Assembly: GCF_001194135.2 (NCBI RefSeq)
Contig: NC_068994.1
Span: 43,068,960 to 43,132,959 of the forward strand
DNA from: Octopus bimaculoides
Lineage: Eukaryota
Length of the DNA stretch: 64,000 nucleotides
Reading direction: 5' to 3'
Part shown: piece after piece, positions 27,589 through 40,703 of the stretch
Position numbering within the stretch: position 1 is the stretch's first letter
How the letters are laid out: each line of letters opens with the position of its first letter
Notes under the pieces: generated by a model
The model's database searches: none
Seen by the model: the letters and a program-made list of their open reading frames with translations, nothing else
Told to the model about the DNA's origin: nothing
Translations under genes and position numbers: made by a program

Positions 27589-28479
27589 ATGGATGGATGG
27601 ATGGATGGATGTTTGTAAGTACGTATATTAATTATGGTAGAAAAAATAAGTCACTAGATAGCACAAGATAGCGGTATCTTTTCTTCTTTTTATCATTTTG
27701 TTTATATACAAAGATATTAAAAGATTTTCTTTAGAAGATGTTAGAACATAGTTTATCTTTGTTTTTTTATTTGTGTGTAAATGTCTTGCACTGAAGAATC
27801 AGTCTTTGTGCTCATGTTTCTCTGTCTATGTTTGCTGTGTGTGTGTGTATGTGTGCATTTGTGTGCATATTTATTTATTTTTTACTGGTCAAAAATTCTC
27901 TAACCAAAAATTTTGATACAAAAACAAATTCTCAAAAGCAAATTGCATGACCTCGATGGCATGTTCAGTGACAAGGAACTTTTCAACCAACTATATTAAG
28001 TAATGTGACCACCTCATTCTAATTGCAGAGACAAAGTTTGAATCTTTTAGGACAAGATATCTCAGTTGTGAATAAATAAATAAATTAATTAATTAATTAA
28101 CAAATATTCAGATTTATATGAAAGCCATTTTTTAAAGTTAAGGATGAGAATTGAACTTACTGGCTTCATTGTTATTTGACAAATTGTAAAGATTCACTCA
28201 TCTCTCCTACACGAAGTGCTGGAGAACAGAAGCTGAAGACTACAAATTAGAAATGTTTATAATAATATATCTAATTAGTAGGGGATATTTAGTGCTCTAC
28301 AATTAGATCTATTATCTTGAGGAAAATTCCAGGTCATATAAAGCATAGCTTTGAAATTTTAATATATTTTAATATATTTTAATAATTTTTTTCCATTTTG
28401 CCAAAATGAAATTCCTTGGTTATGGCATGTGATTGTGATTGGTGTGCAGTGAAGTTGAATTCAAGGCCTCATAGTTGTT

Positions 28480-28900
28480 CAGAGAACATCTTAAACACTC
28501 AGCCATACTTTTATCCATCTGCTAAGTCTCTATTTGTTGTCCCTCTTACCTATTTAATAAATCCTCATCCATATGTTGCTCTTCTATTTACTGCCCAATT
28601 TGACCCAACATATTTACCCACCCTCAAATGTTTCTATGACAACTTACCATTTCCTTTCGACCTCTTATCAGCAAACATGTAGCCTCCACTGGTGTATCAC
28701 TTCCATCATGATGCCTGAATAATGAAGATCTGCATCAGTTCTACGGGTATCTGAAGCACACCTCCATTTACCCAACTAAGTTGCCTAGCATCACTCCCTT
28801 TCTGTGTGGTCAATCTTTTATCGACATCAATCACTCTTTTACCATAGCCATCTCAGCTATCGATCACTCATACTTTCCTTTCCCAAATAATATTGTCCCT
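28480..28900 (+). mobile_element. Possible highly decayed CR1/L2-like LINE 3' fragment
   Basis: C/T-rich segment with remnants such as QPYFYPS, PLISKHVAS and ASLPFCV. These loosely recall post-RT motifs (PLS.RR.VASL; SHPFCV). Many disruptions. Confidence 0.35.
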
Positions 28901-29676
28901 TCTATAATAATAGCCACACTCTCCTATAAATCACTTATTACTGTCATCTATCACACTCTCTTAACTCTGACCATACTTACAACTATCCATTGTTCTCTCT
29001 CATCAGTAAACATCTACTGACCATCAGTGTTTCTCGTCCATTGCACTAAATCATTACTGCCTCTCACATTATGCCTACCTTTACTGCCTTTCTTCCTTAT
29101 TCATTTAACCCTGTCTCTTCTTATTCTTGCTCTTCTTCAAAAACTATTACTTCATTCACTAAATCCACCCCCTACCGCATATACTCTCTTCTTTCTCTGT
29201 ATTTCAGCCTCTACAATTTTTCTCTTTCCTGCCCACTCTATTGGCTCATGTTGTATTGAATAAATGAACAGATACATCACAACATAGAGTAGTGAGGACT
29301 CCTTTTTTGTCTTGCAGAGCACAAGGCAACATCACTAATGCTGGTGCCATAATGAAATACACTCAAAATATTCTGTAGAGTATTTAGCAAACAAAGCTGA
29401 AACAATGTAGAGCTGAACAGACTCTATGGTGTTGTTTCATAAAGGACATAACAATCTGTGTTACACCAAAGGCATTGTAAAATACATGCAATACACTTTA
29501 TGAATTGGTTGAAGTTAAGTATGGCATCCAGTCATATACCAAAAACTATACCAAAAATAAATAAATAGATAAACAAAATGTATGAGTGCAAGATCATAAT
29601 CTACCCATCTAAGAACTGATACAGAGTAGAGGGGACATCTTGGTCTTCATGTTAAATCATTTCTCTTGTACTAGTG

Positions 29677-29860
29677 ACATCATAATTCAACATCCGTTTT
29701 CGATGCTGGATTGGGTCAGATGGTTTCACTGGAGCTTGCAAGCCAGGGAGCTGCACCATGCTCCAGTTATCTGTTTTGGCTTGGTTTCTACAGCTGGATG
29801 CCCTTCCTAATGCTAACAACTTATAGATTGTACTGGGTGCCTTTTACATGTCACTGGTAC
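29677..29860 (-). mobile_element. Family-C SINE tail (RTE-type 3' end with GAT tail)
   Basis: ggtttctacagctggatgcccttcctaatgc and tgggtgccttttacatgtcac are the reverse complement of the block at 32290-32360. Confidence 0.65.
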
Positions 29861-29967
29861 AGAAGTATTGGATAATGTGTTCTTAGGTTCCTTCCACACG
29901 AGGAAAAAGTCAGGATGGTCATAAATGGAATCTGTTTTGATCAATAAATCAGCTCAATAAGGCTTAA

Positions 29968-30193
29968 CTCTTTAGCATTCAGATAACTTTGTCAAATGTA
30001 ATACTCATTTATTTACACTGTTTTGAATTAATCAGGCATTACCTTGTAGCTTTGTGATTTCAAGGATATGATTGCCATTGCCTATTTTTAGACTGACATT
30101 GTAGGCTAGGTTTGAGAAGGTAAATCTGGCTTGTTTTTGCATAAAACAGATATAAGATTCAGGCCTGATATGGCCAGTTAAAATACCAAAGGG
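29968..30193. mobile_element. TTAA-flanked MITE (piggyBac-type ends)
   Basis: TTAA at 29964-29967 and 30194-30197. Ends ctctttagcatt / aataccaaaggg form a 9/12 inverted match. A homologous copy lies at 44112. Confidence 0.65.
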
Positions 30194-30687
30194 TTAACCT
30201 GGGGTTAAACAACAACAACAGCAACAACGACAACACCATTAACAAACTACTCACATGACAACATTGAGACACCTAATCCAAACAGACAGATTCATTTTCT
30301 TTTTTTTTTTTTACTCGACATTTCAACCATCAGGTAGACTCATAAAGAAATGTCCTGTAATAATCACAATTTAGAAATATAACTAATACAGAAATAATAG
30401 ACATAAATGTGTAATAAAGAATAAACCATCAGACTGATTTTGTTTTTGGTTTTTGATTTGGAGGGGGGGGGGTGCTTTATGTTTTGTTTTGGCATATTTT
30501 TCTTTATTTATCTATTCATTGGCTTATTCATTTTTTTTTTGTTTTTGTTTTTATTACTTCATGGTAACAGCAGAAGTATTGTCATCAGACGTAATGTCAG
30601 TAGTCATTTCGACTATAAATTTCATCATTCACTTATACAGCTATAAAACTAGTGGAGATAAGAATTTTATGTTCTATTGGTAAAAAC

Positions 30688-30845
30688 ACATCATCATCAT
30701 CATCATCGTTGTCAGCACCGTCGTAATCGTCGTTGTCATCACCATCATCATTAACAGTGTCAATGTCAACACCACCATGCTTGCCACCACCACCATCATC
30801 AACACCACCATCATTATTATCATCACCATCATCATCCTCGTCACT

Positions 30846-30893
<48 letters not shown>

Positions 30894-31257
30894 GTTGTCG
30901 TCATCATCCTCATCGTCGTCATCCTCACCATCACCATCAACATCATCATCGTTGTCGTTGTCATCATCATCATCATCATTATCATCATCATCATCATCCT
31001 CACCATCATCATCACCATCATCACCACCACAACCATTATCAACCACTGCTGCTGCTACTACTGTTACCACTATCAAAACCATCACCACCATCACCACCAC
31101 CACCACCACCACCACCACTATCATCATCATTAGTGTTGCTTCTAACATTACTACTAATTCTTCCAGCACTATTAATGTTACTGATGTTTAAACTATCAAC
31201 ACTGACTCCATCACACTCATCATCATCATCACAGTCATCTTCATTATCTTCAACTAT

Positions 31258-31304
<47 letters not shown>

Positions 31305-31310
31305 CACCAG
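30688..31310. repeat. Degenerate (CAT/CAC)n block ending in (AAT)n
   Basis: Directly visible. Confidence 0.9.
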
Positions 31311-31329
31311 AACTTATAAATATATATAA

Positions 31330-31600
31330 CATACCGTAAACTACACTACTGGGCAACTGGGCACTGCACACATCCTATGCAAAAGCCCTCAAAATCTACA
31401 AAACTTAAAATCTAAAATTCCATCAGAAAAAAAACCCAACCTGTCTCTAAAACAGCAGCAAGTATGTTACAAAGGTACATATAGTTGTAAAGATGAGGTA
31501 TTCATTAGCAAAGCCATAACAAGGGGCTATAGAAAGAGAAAGGATTGATCTGAGCATGGCATGGATTAACTACCAAAAGATTTTCACTGCTTTTGCTTAC
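31330..31600 (+). mobile_element. R4/Dong-like LINE scraps
   Basis: LLG(..)TAHIL resembles the RLE-LINE C-terminus. SCKDEVFISKAI..LSMAWINYQKIF resembles GCKDQLLINK..NLSMAWIDYKKAF. Confidence 0.55.
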
Positions 31601-31634
31601 ATTTGGAACCTAGAAATAATTGCCATGAAGGGGT

Positions 31635-31852
31635 AATGGTTTCAAATTTTGGTACAACGCCAGCAATTTGGATTGGAGGCTAGTCGGTGACATCGACATC
31701 ACCAATGCTTAAGTGGTACTTATTTTATCGACCCTGAAGGGATGAAAGCAAAGCTGACCTCAGTGGAATTTAAACTCAGAACATAAAGATGGACAAAGTG
31801 CTGCTAAATATTTTACCTGGTGTTGCTAATGAGTTTTCCAGCTTGCTGCCTT
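31635..31852 (-). mobile_element. Family-A SINE
   Basis: ggtacttattttatcgaccctgaagggatgaaagc...aactcagaac...ccagcttgctgcctt. Confidence 0.8.
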
Positions 31853-32014
31853 GAGGTAACACCAGTAATAAGCAGATATTTTAAATGTGCCATGAATTGC
31901 TGAATGCATAACAAACATTTCTGTAGATACTATCCAGAGGGAACTATAAAAACTAACCCTATTTGCATTAAAAGAAGAATAACTAGAAGTTATAAGAAAA
32001 AGAATTGACATTAT

Positions 32015-32490
32015 AGGCATGGCTGTGTGGTAAGAAGTTTGGTTCCCAATTATATGGTCTTGGGTTCAGTTCTACTACACATGGCACCTTAGACAAGTGT
32101 CTTCTGCTATAGCCATGGGTGGAGATGGATCAAAACCTTGTGAAAGGATTTTGAAAATGGAAACTGAAAGAAGCCCATTCATGCTAAGTAAAATAGCTGT
32201 TTTCCACAAATACAGGCTTGTCCTTTCATGTGCTGGTGCCTCATAAAAGGTACCTGTGATAGTGCTGCATAAATGCACCTATGCTGGTGGCACATAAAAA
32301 GCACCCAGCACACTCTGTTAAGTGGTTGGCATTAGGAAGGGCATTTAGTCATAGAAACCATGTCACAACAGACAATTAGAGTCTGGACAGCCCCCAGATG
32401 GCCAGCTCTATGTCAAACTATCCAACCCATGCCAGAATGGAAAGCAGATGTTAAACAATGACGATGACAATGATGTTGATTATGATGATG
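32015..32490 (+). mobile_element. Full-length CORE-type SINE with a family-C (RTE-type) tail
   Basis: Family-B head and CORE block, followed by ggcacataaaaagcaccc...gtggttggcattaggaagggc...ccaacccatgccagaatggaaagcagatgttaaac and a (GAT)-like tail. Confidence 0.8.
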
Positions 32491-32492
32491 AA

Positions 32493-32550
<58 letters not shown>

Positions 32551-32766
32551 CAAAGTAGGCATGTTATAGCTGTCTAATGAAGATTGGCTATAGGCAATAT
32601 TTCAATCAAGCAGGCACATGTATAACAGAATAAAAGTATAAACAAGCAAACAACTAGTGTCAGGTCAGATTATGACATTCATATATCAAAATGTTTAAAT
32701 ATATGTCATAATGTCACTCTACACTTGTTGTCTGCCTGTTTATACAGTTATTCTTTTAAACATATA

Positions 32767-32847
<81 letters not shown>

Positions 32848-32960
32848 NNNNNNNNNNNNNNNNNNNNNNNNNNNNNNNNNNNNNNNNNNNNNNNNNNNNN
32901 NNNNNNNNNNNNNNNNNNNNNNNNNNNNNNNNNNNNNNNNNNNNNNNNNNNNNNNNNNNN

Positions 32961-33000
<40 letters not shown>

Positions 33001-33004
<4 letters not shown>

Positions 33005-33837
33005 TCCCCCAAAAATTGACATCAGTTTAGAGTCTAATAACATAGTCAAGTCTTGCTGAAATGATCTGAAATTTTAATAAAATGTGTAAAAACTAAGTTT
33101 GGATTGTGCATGCCAGTGATAATGACAATAAGCAATTGAAATGGTTTCCCCATTCAGCTGATTTGACACTTTGTGATTTTCTTCTATGAGACTATGTGAA
33201 AGGACTGGTCTATATATCTCGCCTCTTCCTACAAGCCTAGAGAAACTGAAGCAGAGAATCACTGATGTGCTGGAGAATGTTACACAAGACATGCTACAGC
33301 ATGTTTGGCAGGAGCTGATTTACTGACTTGACATGTGTCATGTCACCAGCAGTGTGCATATTGAACGCTTGTTAAGTTTTGTGAAATCAGCTACAAAAAT
33401 CTACATCTCTCTGAATCTCTTGTTTGAATTTTGATAAATAAATCTTTTATTGTTCAATCTATCTATCTAGGTCATCCCTTAGGATGCCCCAAGACTGCTT
33501 CCACATGTTTTCCCCATTTATCTCGATCTTCTATAATGGTCCTCAGCTCCTGTACCCCTTCCATACCAGAATCCTCCAGCAAGTTGTTGATATAGGTCAC
33601 CCTTCCTCCTTCCTTTCCTGGTTCTTCCTTCTGTTGGTTGCCAGAGCTCTAGCTTGTTAGCAATTTCATTGGTATGTTTGATGCAGTGTCCAGCTAACCT
33701 CATCCTTCTATGCTGTATCTTCCAGGAGACATTGAGTGCCATTCTTAGCATCCTCATATAACTTTTGTTTGCCTAGAACATGTAGTTACTCAGATATTCA
33801 CATTTTAAAATTATGTCAATTTTTGGGGGACACCCTG
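33001..33837 (+). mobile_element. Internally deleted mariner-like (DDxD type) transposon with both TIRs
   Basis: Left tgtctcccccaaaaattgacat (33001-33022) matches right atgtcaatttttgggggacaccctg|TA (33813-33839). Residual C-terminus WFPHSADLTLCDFLL*DYVKGLVY..LPTSLEKLKQRITDVLENVTQDMLQHVWQEL.Y.LDMCHVT..VHIE resembles the WPPRSPDLTPCDFFLWG class. Confidence 0.8.
33480..33760 (-). mobile_element. RTE-like LINE 3' fragment nested in the mariner-like element
   Basis: RMLRMALNVSW..RRMRLAGHCIKH..IANKLELWQPTEGRTRKGRR resembles RTE post-RT motifs (R.LR..L..SW; RR.R.AGH; GRP). Confidence 0.75.
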
Positions 33838-34419
33838 TATTAACAGTCAAGTTAATAAGGTCATGGTACTGCTAATCATTATTAAGATTTAAACAAACAT
33901 TTTGTGAGTAAACCTTGAAAAACATGTTCTTAGTTTACCAAGAATTATCTGGAAATTTCTCAGTACAAAAACATACAAAGAACAGACAAAACTTATGTAT
34001 AGAAAGTACAATATCCTTCTCACACTAAACCATGAATTTTCAATAATATGCATAACTAAACCAAAAACAACATCAATTCTAGGAAACAACAGAATAAAAC
34101 AATAATAATGGTTTTTAACAGTGGCAAAAAACTTATTTTATTGGGAAAGTTATATGACAATCATTAAACTCCAGGATATGATAAGCAAAGCTGACCACAG
34201 CAGGAACTGAATTCAAAACTAAAGGAGGAAACAATATTGATTTTCAAATATAGGAACAGCAGAAACATTCAAAACTACTTACAATAACATTTTTTTTTTG
34301 TGTGTGTCAACAACATATAAAGCTGTAACAGGTCGGCTGTTTATCTAGAAATGAATATCCTCAACTAACCAGAGGGGGAAGCAGAATGATTGTCAGTAGA
34401 ATGTATGTCTTAAATAACA

Positions 34420-34705
34420 GCTACTGGTCAACAGGATAATTAATAAAGATGACAATAAGTGTAGGAGGCAAAAAAAATGACCTTAGCATGGTATGGATTA
34501 ATCAATGAAAATCATTTGATAGCATGCCTCAGTTTGGGATATTGGAGACATTACAAATAAATGCAGCAGACCCTGATATCAATACAGTATATCAACTATT
34601 CCACATAAAAATGGGGCAAAAAAACAAACAAGGCAAATAGGTGATAAAATCTAGGCATGTGCTCATAAGAACAGGACTCTTTCAGGGGTCTCCTTATTCT
34701 TGCTA
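34420..34705 (+). mobile_element. R4/Dong-like RT fragment
   Basis: NDLSMVWINQ*KSFDSMPQ.GILETL...IRTGLFQG resembles NLSMAWIDYKKAFDSVPH.WI...I.RGIFQGD. Confidence 0.6.
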
Positions 34706-34789
34706 CACATCCATGGGACAAGGTGGTGAAATATGATCTTCGGTTGTTGAGTCACATGGAGGCAATTACAAATGACCAACACTTCTGGC

Positions 34790-35050
34790 TATTTGCTGTG
34801 CTTGAGAAGATACATGATACTACATGAAATCATGATCATGGCCAGTACTGGTGACACATAAAAGGCACATGTGCCGCCGTCAGGTAAAAAACACCCACTA
34901 CACTCTATAAAGTGGTTGGTGTGAGGGTATCCAGCCATAGAAACCAAACCAAAACAGATAACTGGAGCCTGGGGCAGATCTCTGGTTTACCAACTCCAGT
35001 CATACCATTTAACCCATGCCAACATGATGATCATGATCACGATCATGATG
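34790..35050 (+). mobile_element. Family-C SINE tail
   Basis: ggtgacacataaaaggcac...actacactctataaagtggttgg...catccagccatagaaacc...aacccatgccaacatg plus a GAT-like tail. Confidence 0.65.
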
Positions 35051-35830
35051 AAGCATGTCCATACGTGGTAGAGATATTGAATTTAAAAAGGTAGCCAAAG
35101 TTGTTGTTAAAATGATGGTAGATAATCTTGTGGACATCTACTAAGTCAACTGCTAAATGTCAAAACGATAGTATGTCATTAACTTAAAGAAGCAAGACGT
35201 TTGAAATTCAGAAAGTGACTAACAGAGGAAATTCAATGAGATTGCAGATCTCCGGACATTGTCCAGCAGATTGATATTCAGGACATGAGATTTTCAGACT
35301 GAAAAGGCAAACTGTAAGTCAGAAAATACCATAGCCATATATACAGTTTCAAAAGATGGCCATTGAATGGCTAATAAATGTGTAGTCTCTCATGTTGAAG
35401 ACTATACACAGAGTGTCATAAACTCAGAATTGCAAATCAGACATTATGAAACACTCAGTCCTATACAAAACTATTTTCTTTTTTGTATAGTTTTGTTATT
35501 CTTTTGCTTAAAATCCATTTTATAAATTTTATGATTTGATGCTTTCTCAGCTGTTATTATAAAAAAGAATTCAAATTATTAATAATTTCATATTTGCATT
35601 AATTGTTCATGCATTAATTTTTCTTAGACAAAATGCTTTGCAGTATTTGTTACAGCCCTTCCATTCTGAGCTCAAATCCTGCTATGGTTGACTTTCTGTT
35701 TTTTGCCTTCAGAGTCAATAAGATAAAGTGCCAGTCAAGGACTAAGGTTACTGCATAAAGATTTTATGTTAGCACCACCATCATCATCATCATCAATAAA
35801 GCTCATGAGTGCAACATTATAACCACTATG

Positions 35831-36027
35831 AAGGCAGCAAGCTGGCAAAAAATGTTAGCATGCCAAGCAAAATACTTTACGTTCTGAGTTCAAATTCCAC
35901 CAAGGTCAACTTTGCCTTTCATCCTTTCGGGGTCAATAAATTAAGTACCAGTTGCATAATGTGGTTGATCTAATCAACCGGGCCCCCTTCCCCCAAAATT
36001 TCAAGCCTCATACCTAGAGTAGACAAG
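35831..36027 (+). mobile_element. Family-A SINE with a 15-bp imperfect TSD
   Basis: attataaccactatg (35816-35830) versus attataacccctacg (36028-36042), 13/15 identical. Confidence 0.85.
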
Positions 36028-37564
36028 ATTATAACCCCTACGCCATCACCTTCTACCATAGCCTCATGTTGAATACAAAATAGAAAAGAATTATCTTGAT
36101 TTCAAAGTCCATTTAAGTTTGTATTTTTGTCTCGTAAAATTTATGATGTTATTTAAAATATGATTACTGTCCCCTTGATTAAGTATGCTTAACTTGGGTC
36201 ATAAAAGTTAATTTTTGCAGCAACTTGGCTTGATATGAAAGGTTTTTTTCTTTTCTTTTACTCATTTACAATTAATAATTAATCTTTAATATTGTTAGAT
36301 CCTCAGAGATTATATATCTCCTCTTTTGATGGATAGAATCTGTAAACAATAACACTGTATACTAAATTTCCTTTTACATTAAAGAACTTGAAAGTTTCTA
36401 TATCTCTAGGGATTTGAACTTTATTGCTCTCCAAACATCTTTTGTAATGTTGAAGTCTTCTAAAATTAAAAAAAATAATAATAACTTTTAAAAAGAAAAG
36501 AGAAAAAAAGTTATATATGTATTGTTAATAAGCAATTATATATCTTTCAGAAATATCTTTACTGAATAATGTAAATATCTCAAAACTCAATACATTTATA
36601 TAGAATACAAAAATGCATTGCAAAATATTAATATTCTTAAAAGAGGTTAAATATAAAATTTCTAATTTAGAATACATTAAATATTTATTCATAGATGATG
36701 TAAAATTACCATTTTAAGTAGATTGGGTATAAATTTTAAAATTCATTTCTGAACCACAAAACTCTGTAAAATAATTGTCATCATTGTTTTAATGGTATGC
36801 AGTATAAAATTTCAGTTTTAATAGGCAATATATTTGTAACTGTGTCAAAATATAAATGGAACACCAGCTCTTTTTCATTTTATTATAAATAGCAGAAATA
36901 TTAATATCAATAGCCTGTGTAGCAACTAGATCTTGGATTGTTCAGATATTTTAAGAGATTTTCCTCTGCACTCTTATTGCCTGCCCATTTATTTTGACTG
37001 TACATAATCATAACAATGGTTGTGAAAAATGTCAAAAGATGATTTTATACCAGAATCGAAAAATTGCCATGGAACCCGGAAACTGTCAACTGTATTTTAT
37101 TCTTATGATGTTACAGAGGTAAAATTGGCAGTCAAACTGAATTGCATGACTGATGAATTATGGCCTGGTATGAAGGTATTGAATTATTACTCTTTCATAC
37201 ACCTGCCATTATTATTTGCCATTCTCCCATCACATGCAATATTGTATATATATACTTACAGTAGTTAGGTTGCTAGCTAATACACAAAACACATCCACTG
37301 TAGATTCAGACCATTAATTCCAAAGTCTTTTTGCTTTCCTATTTTAATTTGCTCATCTATATTGTCATAAATTTTATTAACCTTCATCATTGGAGATTTG
37401 AATAAATTATGTAAATATGAAGAAGGGGAAAAAATAAAGAATTTGTTAAGTTATTCATTGTATCTATTCAGCGACAAGCTACTAGCACTCTCATAACTTT
37501 ATCCTATTTCTCATAATTTTGTTATTTCTCTCAAGAGAAGTGGTAGGAATATAATGCAGGAGAC

Positions 37565-37915
37565 TGGCAGTAGTCGTGATTGTGTGGTTAAGAAGTTTGT
37601 TTCACAGCTACAATGTTTGCAGGTTCAATTCCAATAAGTGGAAACATGAGCATGTCTGGTACTAATTCTATCAATTTCTAATGCTGACCCATTAAGGGAC
37701 AAGGATGTAAACTAACCAACACCAGTTGTCAAGTGGTGGTGAGGGGCAAACACAAACACAAAGACACACACACACACAACTGGCTTCCACAATAGTTTCC
37801 ATCCTACAAATTCACTCACAAAGCATTGGTCAACCCTGGGCTGTAGTAGAAGGCATTTTCCCAAGGTACCACACTGCGGTTTCAAAGTAAGTGTCTTAAT
37901 CACACAGCTATGCAT
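37565..37915. mobile_element. Two family-B SINE pieces in opposite orientation (+ head 37565-37650; - copy 37712-37915)
   Basis: gtgtggttaagaagtttg...ggttcaattcc on +. cactcacaaagcattggtc...gtagtagaaggcattttcccaaggtacc...cttaatcacacagc on -. Confidence 0.65.
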
Positions 37916-37989
37916 GCACAAGTTGACTAAAATCATTATAAATATTTCTTGAGGCATGGAAAATGTGTAGAAGTTCATCAGGGGATTGT

Positions 37990-38220
37990 TTACATTCTCC
38001 CTGCTTCAGATGCTATTTCATTCTTTTGTTTCATGGGGCTGAGGACATCCAAGGTTAGTGGTTCCAGAGGCATCAATGTGTATAGAGTCAACCAGGTCTA
38101 CCGGTGCTCTCCATCACTAGTGATCATGTACCAGCACATCTGCATCCTCAAAGATGATGTTGAGCCTCTGGAGATCTTTCTTAATCACATTCAGACATCT
38201 GGTGTGGGGCCTACCACAGA
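37990..38220 (-). mobile_element. RTE LINE 3' end
   Basis: CGRPHTRCLNVIKKDLQRLNIIFEDADVLVHDH..WRAPVDLV resembles RGRP..RW.D.IK.DL......A..DR..WR. Confidence 0.65.
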
Positions 38221-38282
38221 TATGTATGTATGTATGTATGCATGTATGTATGTACATATATATATGTATAGATATATATATT

Positions 38283-38636
38283 AGCAAAGGCGGAGGTATT
38301 GTTTTCAGTTGTATTTATTTGTTTGTTTGTCCTTGGACAAGATATCTCAAGAACTGCTGGATAGATTCAGGTAAAACTTTCAGAGATGTTTGGTGTCATC
38401 ACTGGCATGAACTGATTAGATTTTGGGATCAATCCAGTACTGGATACTGGATTATTTTTCTGTTTTTTTTTTTACTTAATTTCTGAAAGCAGTCGGATTC
38501 ATTTTTAGTATTTTCATTTGTAAGAGCAGTCGAGTTTATTTCAGATATTATCATTTTAAAAATCATCTCAGGCTAATAGTTGAGAGGACATTGGTGTTGC
38601 CTTGGCAGAGGTTTGTGCTCTCTGAGTGCTCTTGTT
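38283..38636 (+). mobile_element. HINE/DINE-1-like non-autonomous Helentron
   Basis: 5' aaggcggaggtattgttttc, then a (GTTT)n microsatellite, then a central aactgctggatagattcaggtaaaactttcag...gattagattttgggatc. Near the 3' end are the subterminal repeat ccttggcagaggt (38600-38612) and a short stem-loop-like gtgctctctgagtgctc. Confidence 0.6.
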
Positions 38637-38637
38637 A

Positions 38638-38699
<62 letters not shown>

Positions 38700-38702
<3 letters not shown>

Positions 38703-39190
38703 GAGTGAGAACAGTCCATGCCTTCAAAGTGACACTGGAGTACAAATATACAAATCCTAATATACTCAGCATGACTACCCATCTGATAAGAGTACACTAC
38801 ACCCATGCATCACAAACATATGTGCATGACATGGTGATTTCATATCAAAATAAACAACACATGACCTTGCAGGTAGGGCCCAGTTAGAATTTTCTTCAGC
38901 TCTAGTAGCCCATCCCGCTCAAAAGGTCTCTGAATACAGTTTGTTTAAAGATGATGAATGGAACACACATGTTTCGACAGGTGAATTACTCAAACCCCCC
39001 AAAATTCCTTTCAACACATGGTTATTATGCTCAACCCCTACTTCTGCTCATGAACAGAGATGCACATATCATCAACCACTAAGGGACATGCTCAACTGGT
39101 TAAGGTCAAACAACTGTCAAATAAATCTGTAGTAGTGAGCAGAATATTTGTTGTAGCCCGTCTTTTATACCACAAATATTGAGTGAGAGC
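38700..39190 (-). mobile_element. Probable retroposon with an (AAT)n tail, bounded by (ATT)n on both sides
   Basis: About 490 bp of complex sequence between two (ATT)n tracts. tattgagtgaga occurs at both ends (about 38700 and 39178). No coding motif recognised. Confidence 0.45.
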
Positions 39191-39240
39191 TATTATTATT
39201 ATTATCATCATCTCTATTATTATTATTATTATTATTATTA

Positions 39241-39289
<49 letters not shown>

Positions 39290-40703
39290 TAGTATTAAGC
39301 TTTCAATAATCATATATAAATAGATCCCATATCATCAGGTACACCTACAAGTTTTTGTGGTGTGCTAAGCATTGTCTTTTAGAAGAATAAGATTGTGTAT
39401 GATACATGTGTTACTTAGTTCTGTACAAAATTGTATTTCTATTCTATGATTCTGTCAGCAAGCTTATGTTCTATTAAGGAGATTTAATCAGCCTGAAACA
39501 TAGTCAAAGTTGTCTTCCTTACTTGCTGAGCTTATTAAAATAACATAGCCATTGATTTGATATTGCCTTTTCCTTAAATACATAATTTTTTTTCTTCTTT
39601 TTCTAATTAGAATTTTAGATGTTCGTTACATTGAATACATTAACAATAATTTAACTTTCCAATAAAGTAGCTGATAAGAACAGAAATTTTGACAGCAAAG
39701 AGATAAGGATCAGTCTCAGTCTATTCTGTGTAATTACATATGGAAATATACAGAATAGAATATATAGAAATATGCAGAATAATTACATTACATAGTGAAA
39801 TATTTAGTAACATTTAGCAAATATGTCACCATTTTGCACCAGGAATATAATAAGTATACACAATGTAGAAGCTGGAAATACAGTGTTAAATGTAATATGA
39901 ATGATAATCGTTTTACTTTTTTCTTTTCCTTTTTTTGTTTTCATTGTTTCTTTTTTCTGTTTTGTTTTTGTTTTTGAAACAAAACTAAACACACTAACAG
40001 TAATAAACAGTATAAGAACTAATGGTCTATATCGATTCATTAGATGGAAGAGAAGCAGACTATTAGGAAGTGCCAAAGGAGTTAATAAAATAAAGCTTTA
40101 CTTCAAACATAAATTTTTGTCCTTTTATCTTCTACATAATTAACTATTTCTGTCCATTACAATAAAACTTACACTTCACCTATATCACTGTATCGAATAT
40201 CAAAGAGAAGTTGTTGAATTTTTATTTATTTATTTATACATTTATATTTATTTGTTTGTTGTTTACCTTGTAGTTTATGGATTGCAAAGAAAAAACACAA
40301 ATCAATCCAATGAAAGAATTATTTTTGTTTTGTTTTGTTTTGTTTTTTTATTTGTTTTTTTAAAATTATTTTTCAATCCATTAAAAATAAAAACATATTC
40401 AGCTTCAAAATTAATAGAAACCAGGAATTAAATAACACATATTTCATTTAATTTTTGGCGATGCTATAAACAAGATATAGCATAAAAAGAAATATAGTTT
40501 AAGAGATGTATACAATAAACAGTGAAGAGATTCAGTAATTCGGAGATTCATTATACCCCAACACAGGATATTCTGCTTATTGCTTCTTTATCTGAAGTGT
40601 TGAACTAAACTTGAATAAAATGCTTGATCAGGAAATTATCAGGAGATATAAATACAGAGTTTGTTTGTAAGGTTTCTTTTGTGGCAAATAACAGACCTAT
40701 GAC

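Noticed and set aside
27910-28000. Protein-like readings on both strands (LKSKLHDLDGMFSDKELF / LVEKFLVTEHAIE)
   Set aside because: Only weak splice sites and no recognisable motif.
30633-31191. Asp-rich and Ser-rich ORFs
   Set aside because: Same (CAT)n artefact.
35190-35320. Minus-strand acceptor followed by SCPEYQSAGQCPEICN (CCCH-finger-like)
   Set aside because: The spacing lacks the final His, there is no good donor, and the other frames are closed.
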